DNA of 33,567 nt from Elusimicrobiaceae bacterium. Its GTDB lineage: Bacteria; Elusimicrobiota; Elusimicrobia; Elusimicrobiales; Elusimicrobiaceae. The notes under the pieces are model-generated. The model had not been told where the DNA came from. It saw only the letters and a program-made list of their open reading frames with translations, and ran no database searches. Below are positions 26,091 to 33,567 of this stretch, in pieces. How positions within the stretch are numbered: the stretch's first letter is position 1; every line of letters begins with the position of its first letter. The stretch is from the NCBI GenBank assembly GCA_024405075.1, contig JAKSPG010000001.1, positions 1-33,567 of the forward strand, given 5' to 3'. Made by a program: the position numbers and the translations under genes.

Positions 26091-27635
26091 ATGGTAAGTG
26101 AATTGGCTGGAACATTAACTACTCAAAAAATTGATACGCAGGCCCTGCGCCGCGCATTTTACGAGCCGCAAAATACCCCCGTCCCTGTTAAATTTGGTAC
26201 GTCGGGTCACCGCGGCACTTTAGGGAAAGGTTTTTGTGCCTTACACGCTAAAGCTATTGCACAAGCCGTAGCACGTATTCATGCAGAAAATAACATTACC
26301 GGGCCGGTGTTGGTAGGGGGGGATACGCGGCTTATGTCGCGCGATACGGCCCAATTATGTGCCGAGGTGTTAGCCGGAAACGGAATCAGTGTTATTTTGC
26401 CCGATATGCCCGTGCCGACGCCGGTATTCTCGTTTGAAATTCGCAGTGGGCGTGCCGTAGCGTGTTTGAACGGTACAGCCAGCCACAACCCGCCGCAGGA
26501 AATGGGATTAAAATACAATCCTTCACACGGCGGCCCGGCGGACAGTACGCTAACCGGGCAAATTGAAAAATACGCCAACGAATATATGGCCCACCCCGAG
26601 CAAATCAAAACTTTGCCGCTGCAAGAAGCCCGTCAAAAAGGGTTGGTGCGCTCGGCCGATGTGCTTACTCCGTACGTAGAAGCCTTGGGAAAGAAAATTG
26701 ACTTTAAAAAAATTGCGGCATCTTCGTGTAAATTTGCCGTTCATCCGCTGGGCGGCACGAGTTTGCCTTATTATAAAGCATTAAAAGAAAAATACGGCCT
26801 AACCAACGTGGATATCGTAAGCGAAGTACAAGACCCCACTTTCTATTTTATCCCACTGGACCACGACGGTAAAATCCGCATGGACCCGTCTTCTGCCTAT
26901 CCAATGAAACCGCTCATTGAACTGGTGCAAAAAGGCACGTACGGCTTTGCGGGTGCAAGCGACCCGGATGCCGACCGCTTCGGTTGTGCCACAGCCAAAG
27001 GCGGTTTAATTGCCCCCAACCACGCGTTGTGTGTCATGGCCGATTATTTGATCCGCCACCAACGTGTAGCGGGTGCTACGGCCATCGGGCGCACGCTGGG
27101 CACGACGGCGTTACTGGACCGCCTTGCCAAAGCCAATAACTTAGAGCTGGACGAAGTAAACGTGGGTTTTAAGTATTTTGTGGAAGGGTTGAATAAAGGC
27201 CGCTACGTGTTGGCCGGTGAGGAAAGTGCCGGCATGTCCGTAAGCGGTTGGACTACGGAAAAAGACGGCATGTTTGCCGTGTGCCTGCTGATGGAAATTC
27301 AAGCGGCCGAAGGCGACATTGCCGAATTGTACCAGCGCATTACAAAAGAACACGGCTTGCCATATTATACCCGCGTAGATACGCCGACAGATGCTGAAAC
27401 GAAAAAGCGTATTAAAGCCATGAAAGCGGCCGATTTTGCCACACTCACACACGTAGCGGGCGAGAAAGTTTCGCGCGTGCGCGACACGGACGGCATCAAA
27501 GTATATTTGGAAAAATCGTGGTTTTTGGTTCGCCCCAGCGGCACGGAAAATATCTTAAAGATCTATGCTGAAACGTTTGAGAACGAAGCACACTTGCAGG
27601 AGCTGATTCAAGAAGCACAAAAAATCTTGGCGTAA
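26091..27635 (+). CDS. pgm: Phosphoglucomutase
   Basis: FGTSGHRG, TASHNP, DPDADR, GEESAG, RPSGTE. Confidence 0.93.
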   Translation: MVSELAGTLTTQKIDTQALRRAFYEPQNTPVPVKFGTSGHRGTLGKGFCALHAKAIAQAVARIHAENNITGPVLVGGDTRLMSRDTAQLCAEVLAGNGISVILPDMPVPTPVFSFEIRSGRAVACLNGTASHNPPQEMGLKYNPSHGGPADSTLTGQIEKYANEYMAHPEQIKTLPLQEARQKGLVRSADVLTPYVEALGKKIDFKKIAASSCKFAVHPLGGTSLPYYKALKEKYGLTNVDIVSEVQDPTFYFIPLDHDGKIRMDPSSAYPMKPLIELVQKGTYGFAGASDPDADRFGCATAKGGLIAPNHALCVMADYLIRHQRVAGATAIGRTLGTTALLDRLAKANNLELDEVNVGFKYFVEGLNKGRYVLAGEESAGMSVSGWTTEKDGMFAVCLLMEIQAAEGDIAELYQRITKEHGLPYYTRVDTPTDAETKKRIKAMKAADFATLTHVAGEKVSRVRDTDGIKVYLEKSWFLVRPSGTENILKIYAETFENEAHLQELIQEAQKILA

Positions 27636-27657
27636 TTGTCTTTTTTGTGTTACGTGC

Positions 27658-27692
27658 GGCGGTGCAAACTTTTGTTTGTGCCGCCTCTTTTG
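27658..27692 (+). terminator. pgm terminator
   Basis: ggcggtgcaaac...gtttgtgccgcc stem followed by tcttttg. Confidence 0.6.
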
Positions 27693-27865
27693 TGGGGTCG
27701 TTTTTTTCGTTGGGAAAAATAAAAAATTCTTCCCGGCATTTATTTTTTCTCCCGGCCCTGCGGTTGAATGGTTACTTGTTGGCATGTAACGGGGACACCA
27801 CCAAAAGCGTGTGGCTACAAATAAGTGGAAGCCTACTTATTACTTGCCTGCCCCCGTCAAGGGGG

Positions 27866-27893
27866 TTGACATCGTTTTTTTTTTTGCTACATT
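27866..27893 (+). promoter_or_regulatory. Sigma70-type promoter of pilin 27928-28500 with a T11 tract in the spacer
   Basis: TTGACA (27866-27871), 16-bp spacer containing T11 (27875-27885), TGn-TACATT (27888-27893). Confidence 0.65.
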
Positions 27894-27927
27894 TTGCATA
27901 TAAGTCCATTTATGAGGGGGGATATGT

Positions 27928-28500
27928 ATGCAAAATAAAAACTGTATTACAGGCCGTTTAAACGTCAGAGCATTTACGTTAATTGAGTTGTTGGTTGTTG
28001 TTCTTATCATCGGTATTTTGGTGGTAATCGCCTTGCCGCAATATCAAAAAGCAGTGTGGAAATCTCGTAGCGTGCAACTAAAAACGTTAGCTAAATCGGT
28101 AGGGGAAGCCCAACAACGTTATTATTTGGCGAACGGTTTTTATGCTAAAAATTTTGAGGATTTGGATATTGATATTCCGCTTGAAAAACAAGCCGGTGGC
28201 GGCGGTTCAATTTCTGCCGTTTGTCCGGCAACAACTCCGGAAGGTTCTGTAGACCCTTTGCGCAAAGGGAAAGATTTTCACCTATTGCTTTCTGCGGGTG
28301 GCAGCATCATCACCTTTTGGAAAACGGGGCCGTATTTGTGCGGCGGATTTTACTTTGATGTTTCTTCGGGAAAGTTGTTATGTGCGGAACGGGCCAGTCC
28401 TGTCGGCGGCGGCAGATTACCGCCCGACTTTTGCCCGAAAGTAGAAAGGGCCACTTTTCTTTCTCAACCCAGTACGTGGCGTCTTTACAGACTACCTTAA
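27928..28500 (+). CDS. Type IV pilin-like protein
   Basis: RA|[28 protein letters not shown]; GAGG RBS. Confidence 0.92.
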   Translation: MQNKNCITGRLNVRAFTLIELLVVVLIIGILVVIALPQYQKAVWKSRSVQLKTLAKSVGEAQQRYYLANGFYAKNFEDLDIDIPLEKQAGGGGSISAVCPATTPEGSVDPLRKGKDFHLLLSAGGSIITFWKTGPYLCGGFYFDVSSGKLLCAERASPVGGGRLPPDFCPKVERATFLSQPSTWRLYRLP

Positions 28501-28503
28501 AAT

Positions 28504-29439
28504 TTATTCTGCGCGGCGGTCCATGACGTAGTAGCTACCTACCGGGTGTTGTTTGGCTAAACATTTCAGCTCGGCCCCGATGTGGCTCACCATGGCAAAG
28601 GAGGTCAGTTTGCGTTTGGTGTTGTGGACGATGCCGATGCCTATAGCCAAAAAGTTAAATTTTTCTTCCTCGCCTTTGCGATTGGGGGCGAGCATAAAGC
28701 CCTGGGCGCGGTCCTGCTCGTTATAAAAAGACGGGGCCAGCGCATCGGTTTTTTTGATAATTTCCCGCGCAATCGGTTCCGCCTTGTCAAACGCGCACAC
28801 GATAATAAAATCATCCCCGCCGATGTGTCCTACAAAAGAATCCGAGTCCTGCCGGGCGGCTTGAACTAAAATCTCGGAGGTTTGTTTAAGCACGCGGTCG
28901 CCCGCCTCAAAGCCGTATTTATCATTAAAAGATTTAAAGTTATTTAAGTCGCAATACAGCACGGCAAATGGTCGGCCGCTGGAAATTTCACGCTCTACGT
29001 GCGCTTGAATGGAAGGGTTGCCGGGCAAGTGGGTTAAGGGGTTGCTATCCATTTTTTGTTTATTGCGTTTGAGTAGCAATTTCACACGCGCGACGATTTC
29101 GTCCTCGTCGGCCGGTTTAGTTAAATAGTCATCAATATCCAGGCCCAGGCCTTCTAATTTGGTAGATTTTTCGGTATTGGCGGTAAAAATAATAATTGGC
29201 GTATGTAAATACCCGGTGCGACTGCGTACTTCCTGCACGACTTCAAACCCGTTTTTTTGCGGCATGTCGTAATCCAAAATCAGCAAATCCGGGTTTTGCT
29301 TGTAGGTCTTTTCAATCGCTTCCTGCCCGTTTGTAGCTTGGATAACCGTAAATCCGGCATTAGTCAACACCTCCGACACTAAACACAAAATAGCCGGCGA
29401 ATCATCCGCGAGTAAAATTTTTGCAATAGGTTCTGTCAT
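28504..29439 (-). CDS. Response regulator with a GGDEF-like domain (GGDDF variant)
   Basis: REC: ILLADD, LDYDMP, YLTKP; DLNNFKSFNDKYGFEAGD; HIGGDDF. Start re-set to ATG 29439 after GGAG. Confidence 0.9.
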   Translation of the reverse strand: MTEPIAKILLADDSPAILCLVSEVLTNAGFTVIQATNGQEAIEKTYKQNPDLLILDYDMPQKNGFEVVQEVRSRTGYLHTPIIIFTANTEKSTKLEGLGLDIDDYLTKPADEDEIVARVKLLLKRNKQKMDSNPLTHLPGNPSIQAHVEREISSGRPFAVLYCDLNNFKSFNDKYGFEAGDRVLKQTSEILVQAARQDSDSFVGHIGGDDFIIVCAFDKAEPIAREIIKKTDALAPSFYNEQDRAQGFMLAPNRKGEEEKFNFLAIGIGIVHNTKRKLTSFAMVSHIGAELKCLAKQHPVGSYYVMDRRAE

Positions 29440-29461
29440 CGCACTCCATTGTAACATTTTT

Positions 29462-30154
29462 TTAGGGTTTGTAAATAAATGATAGCAAACTGTCGCGTAC
29501 GTGGTCGCGCCGCCAAGAGAAGAAATTTTCTTTATCTCCACATGTACAATAATACGGTGTTTTGATGTGCTGGGGATTTAGGCCCGCTTCTTGCAGTTGC
29601 TGTAAAATTTCCACATTTAAATTAACAAAAATCTTTCCGTCCTTGCGGTGAATACTTTTTGGGGAAAACTGGGTGGCTACGTCCTCTTGCACCTCAAAAC
29701 AGCACACCTGGATATGCGGCCCCACCCAGCCGAAAATTTTCCCGTCCGCGCCGGTTTGCCGCAAGGCAGAAGCCACTTTAAGAGGTAACCTTTTGACGAC
29801 GCCGCGCCAACCACAGTGCGCCAGCGCAAACGCTTGGCCGTGTTCGTCCCACAAAAAAAGCGGTACGCAATCGGCTGTTAAAATAGCTCCGCCCCAACCT
29901 GACGTGGTAAACAGCCACGCATCGGCATCTTGCAAGGGGGCCGCCTGTACAGCCCGGGCTTGGGTTTCGTTTGAAACAGAGACAATCGTGTCGCTGTGCG
30001 TTTGATGAAAGTGCAACATGCGGTGGGGGGAAATGCCTAATTCCTGATACAGCGGGATTTGGTCGTCGCTTTGGCGCATATTGCCACGGTGGCGGGAAAC
30101 AGTTCCTCCCACCAATCCGGCTGCTAGTAAACGATTGTCGGTAAAAATAGTCAT
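29462..30154 (-). CDS. pgeF: PgeF/YfiH family (polyphenol oxidase-like / purine nucleoside phosphorylase) protein
   Basis: QTHS, TADCVP, HCGWRG, GPHI..CCFEV, CT...FFSWRR. Confidence 0.9.
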   Translation of the reverse strand: MTIFTDNRLLAAGLVGGTVSRHRGNMRQSDDQIPLYQELGISPHRMLHFHQTHSDTIVSVSNETQARAVQAAPLQDADAWLFTTSGWGGAILTADCVPLFLWDEHGQAFALAHCGWRGVVKRLPLKVASALRQTGADGKIFGWVGPHIQVCCFEVQEDVATQFSPKSIHRKDGKIFVNLNVEILQQLQEAGLNPQHIKTPYYCTCGDKENFFSWRRDHVRDSLLSFIYKP

Positions 30155-30951
30155 GCGTTTAGTTTCTTTAAATGGACCGTGCCAATTTTATCTGCCAGTA
30201 AATACGCCGCCAAACGTTTGAAGCGGGCGGGGTCGTCGCTGGCGTAGACAGTCAGCTTGCCGCGGCCGGAAGTTTCGGCCTGGCCGTGTTGTTGCAAAAA
30301 CGATTGGGCCGCTTCGGCCAGCGATTGAGCGGAGTCCACCAATTGCACGCGGGGGCCCAGTACGCCGGCAATTACCTCTTTAAGTACCGGGTAATGCGTA
30401 CAACCTAAAATAACGGTATCTGCCTTGCTTTGTTTAACAGGGGCTAAATACGTTTGGGCAATCAGCCGCGCCGCGGGCGTTTTTGCCCAGTTTTCTTCTA
30501 CCAGCGGCACAAACAGAGGGCAGGCTTGTTGAACAATGTGTAAATGCGGATTTTGTTTTAGTAACGCTTTGGGATAGGCGTTACTTTTTACGGTAGCTTC
30601 TGTTCCCAGTACGGCCACGCGGCCGCTGCGGGTCACGCGAGCGGCTTTTTGGGCGCCCGGCTCAATGACTCCCAGCACCGGTACGCCGCAGCGTTTGCGT
30701 AGTTCCGGCAAAGCCAAGGCCGAAGCCGTGTTGCAGGCAATTACTAACATTTTGATGCCTTGCCCTTCTAAAAAACGGGCGATATCCAACGAAAAACGGG
30801 TTACGGTCTGTTTGGATTTGGAGCCGTAGGGTACGTTGGCACTGTCGCCAAAGTAAATTAAATTTTCATGCGGCAGTGTTTGGCGCAGGGCTTTTAAGAT
30901 GGTCAAACCACCCAGCCCGGAGTCAAAAACGCCGATTGCTTTTTTGGTCAT
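30151..30951 (-). CDS. murI: Glutamate racemase
   Basis: FDSGLGGLT, PYGSKS, ACNTAS, LGCTHYP. Confidence 0.97.
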   Translation of the reverse strand: MTKKAIGVFDSGLGGLTILKALRQTLPHENLIYFGDSANVPYGSKSKQTVTRFSLDIARFLEGQGIKMLVIACNTASALALPELRKRCGVPVLGVIEPGAQKAARVTRSGRVAVLGTEATVKSNAYPKALLKQNPHLHIVQQACPLFVPLVEENWAKTPAARLIAQTYLAPVKQSKADTVILGCTHYPVLKEVIAGVLGPRVQLVDSAQSLAEAAQSFLQQHGQAETSGRGKLTVYASDDPARFKRLAAYLLADKIGTVHLKKLNA

Positions 30952-31027
30952 ATACTATATTATATGAATTATTGTTCCCCCGCGCTGGCGGAAAAATTCC
31001 CCGGACGGCGTTTCTTTGTGCTAAAAT

Positions 31028-32527
31028 ATGTATATGCGTCTAAGCAAAGTCAACCTATTTATTTATGCATGGCTGGCGGGTCTATTGCTGGGGGCAACCT
31101 CGGCAGTGGCAACGCCACTGTTGGTGCCGGGGAATTTTTCCGCGCGTACGGATCTTTCTTCTTCCGCTACGGTCTTTGACCAGGCCGCCCGCAACGCGGA
31201 AGTGGAGGCGCTGAATAATTTACTGCGCGAAAAACAATTTGATGCCGTAATCAGCCGCATCAATCAGTTGACTTTACAAAACTACCGCGACGACCGCTTT
31301 TACTTGCTTTTAGCCATTGCTTACGACGGACTAAACAGATACGACGATGTAATTTACGCCGCCGGGCAAGCCATTGCCGTAGCTCCGCAAGATGCGCGCG
31401 CGTATGTGTTACGGGCGGGAGCCTATTTACAAAAAGAGCAATACGAACGTTGCCAAATGGATTTGGATGCTGCGTTGCGTTTCAATCCGCAATCGCGCTT
31501 GGCGCAAAAAATTCAAGCTCAGTTAAACGAAAAAACATTTATGCCCAAGCCGCAGCAGGAAGAAAAACCAAAAACCCGTTCCACGCGCCCGCTGTCGGGT
31601 TGGCTGATTGTGTACTTTGCCGTGGTGCTGATTGCCATTTTCCTCTACGTATATTGGCGTTACGAGGAAGTTTTCCGCCGGCCCAAAAACGCGTTTACCA
31701 AAAAAGAAGTAGAAGTAAAAGAACAGTACGATTTTATCCGCCAAATCGGCGAGGGCGGTATGGGTAAAGTATACGAAGCATACGACAAAGCTCTTAAACG
31801 CAAAGTCGCTATTAAACGGGTCCGTCCCGAGCTGGTGCGCAGCGCCTATGTGCGCGAACAATTTTTGGCCGAAGCCCGCATGGTGGCCCTGCTGCGTCAC
31901 CCGTGCATTGTGGAAATTTACACGGTTATTGAATCGGAAAGTGCGCTCTATTTAGTGTTTGAATATGTGGACGGGCAAACGCTGGAAACTCGTTTGGATA
32001 TAGACGGGCGCTTGCCGTTCTCGCAAGTGAAACAGATTTTTGAATACGTCTGCCGCGGGTTGCAGTACGCCCACTCGCAAGATATTATTCACTGCGATTT
32101 AAAACCGGGTAACATCATGATTTACGGCGATGATAACAAAGCCAAGGTCATGGATTTCGGCGTTGCCAAACGCGCCATTGACCATGAAACCGGGGCGCGC
32201 ACGGTGGCGGGTACACCTGCGTATATGGCACCGGAACAACAAAAAGGATTTATGCGCAAACAGTCGGACGTGTACTCGCTGGCGCTTTGTTTGTATGAAG
32301 CGTTGGTGGGGCAGGTGCCGTGGTCGGTCAAAGGGTTTGATATTGCCCGCAAAAAAATTGTGCCGGCTTCGCAGGTGGCGCCGCAGATTCCGCCGGCGGT
32401 GGACGCGCTGCTGGAGGATGCGTTGAAAGAGGACCCGAAAGAACGTGTCCAATCCATAGAAGAATTTTGGAACCGGCTTAAAGTCATTGAGCCGCTGGAA
32501 GAAAATTTAGAACAAACGCATTATTAA
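31028..32527 (+). CDS. TPR-containing membrane Ser/Thr protein kinase
   Basis: Signal-like N-terminus, TPRs, TM helix, then IGEGGMGKVY, VAIK, HCDLKPGN, DFG, GTPAYMAPE. Confidence 0.92.
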   Translation: MYMRLSKVNLFIYAWLAGLLLGATSAVATPLLVPGNFSARTDLSSSATVFDQAARNAEVEALNNLLREKQFDAVISRINQLTLQNYRDDRFYLLLAIAYDGLNRYDDVIYAAGQAIAVAPQDARAYVLRAGAYLQKEQYERCQMDLDAALRFNPQSRLAQKIQAQLNEKTFMPKPQQEEKPKTRSTRPLSGWLIVYFAVVLIAIFLYVYWRYEEVFRRPKNAFTKKEVEVKEQYDFIRQIGEGGMGKVYEAYDKALKRKVAIKRVRPELVRSAYVREQFLAEARMVALLRHPCIVEIYTVIESESALYLVFEYVDGQTLETRLDIDGRLPFSQVKQIFEYVCRGLQYAHSQDIIHCDLKPGNIMIYGDDNKAKVMDFGVAKRAIDHETGARTVAGTPAYMAPEQQKGFMRKQSDVYSLALCLYEALVGQVPWSVKGFDIARKKIVPASQVAPQIPPAVDALLEDALKEDPKERVQSIEEFWNRLKVIEPLEENLEQTHY

Positions 32528-32609
32528 GCCGGCCGGGTAAAACCTTTACAAGCCCATGCCGAGGTGGTATGATGTAAGTAAATAATCCGGCAGATGCTGG
32601 GGTGAACGT

Positions 32610-33524
32610 ATGTTGAAGAAATATATTATCTCAAATAAAAAACTACAGGAAACCGATGCCGAAAAAGCCCAGGTGTACGTATACACCAACCCGACGGCCG
32701 AGGAGCAACGCTTCCTGGTAGATGCTTACCAAATTGACGAGCACACCCTTTCTTCTGCGCTGGACCCCGATGAATTACCGCGCTTGGAATTTGAACCGGA
32801 ACATATCGTCATGATTTACAAACGGCCCAAAAATTATTCCGGCAAGGACCAGCTGGAGTTTAAAGTGGCTTCGGTGGGGATGTTCTTATTTGAAGATAAA
32901 CTTGTTGTGGTGCTGGCTGACGACATTGCCCTGTTTGTGGGCAAGCGTTTCCAGGCGGTTAGTTCCATTAAAGAAATTTTCTTAAAACTCGTATACAACG
33001 CAATTTCTCACTACGTGGAACACTTGCGTATTATTCACATGATTTCGGAAGAGATTGAAGATAAGATGACCGAGTCTATGGATAATACATACCTGTTTAA
33101 TCTGTTTAGTTTGGAAAAGAGCTTGGTGTACTACGCCGAGGCCATCACTTCCAACGGATTTGTGTGTGAAAAAATGCGAAACGTGTCGGCGCGTATCGGC
33201 TTTGAAGAAAAAGACGAAGAAATGTTGGACGATATGATTGTGGAAAACATGCAATGCAAAACACAGGCGGATATCCACTCCAACATTTTAGCCCAACTGC
33301 TTGGGGCGCGTGCGTCCATCGTCAGCAACAATTTGAACTTACTGATTAAAAAATTAAACGTCATTACGATTTGGATGATGGTCCCTACGCTGGTGGTCAG
33401 TGCGTACGGTATGAACGTGGCCTTGCCGTTGGCGCAGCACCCGGATGCCTTTTGGATGCTGATGGGAATTTGTTTGATTTTGGTGTGGCTGGTGATGATT
33501 TACTGGCGGCACAAAAACTGGTAG
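32610..33524 (+). CDS. CorA family Mg2+ transporter
   Basis: YGMN motif between two C-terminal TM helices; ASIVSNNLN. Confidence 0.92.
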   Translation: MLKKYIISNKKLQETDAEKAQVYVYTNPTAEEQRFLVDAYQIDEHTLSSALDPDELPRLEFEPEHIVMIYKRPKNYSGKDQLEFKVASVGMFLFEDKLVVVLADDIALFVGKRFQAVSSIKEIFLKLVYNAISHYVEHLRIIHMISEEIEDKMTESMDNTYLFNLFSLEKSLVYYAEAITSNGFVCEKMRNVSARIGFEEKDEEMLDDMIVENMQCKTQADIHSNILAQLLGARASIVSNNLNLLIKKLNVITIWMMVPTLVVSAYGMNVALPLAQHPDAFWMLMGICLILVWLVMIYWRHKNW

Positions 33525-33567
33525 TTTTTTTAGGACATTTTTACAAAGGCGGCACAAACAGGTTTTG

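Overview
Bacterial chromosomal window, most consistent with an Elusimicrobium-like organism (inferred from three '[16 protein letters not shown]..xA.PQYQK' pilin-like genes). Housekeeping-type flanks are hppA, a DPSL/ferritin-like gene and a pilin on the left, and tRNA-Asp, murB, pgm, a pilin, REC-GGDEF, pgeF, murI, a TPR-kinase and a CorA gene on the right. Between them lies a ~20.5 kb accessory region (3490-24020) that reads as a tandem array of five unrelated gene cassettes. The cassettes are separated by four full copies of a ~200-bp directly repeated junction and bounded by two complementary half-copies. The right half-copy is fused to a duplicate of the tRNA-Asp 3' end. The left half-copy is fused to a sequence resembling the tRNA's downstream terminator. 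This is the attL-(attP)n-attR geometry expected from repeated site-specific integration at one site, yet no integrase or recombinase is encoded in the window, so it looks like an integron-like, trans-mobilised cassette array. Cargo: ankyrin lipoprotein; radical SAM/small membrane protein/Lgt-like/ICMT-like operon; pilin with a structured attenuator-like leader; Fic plus a MarR-headed lipid-modification operon; ECF sigma/anti-sigma/secreted protein. Also notable: homopolymer tracts in the promoter spacers of the two flanking pilins, and a doubly frameshifted protein-glutaminase-like gene. All calls are by eye; no searches were run.
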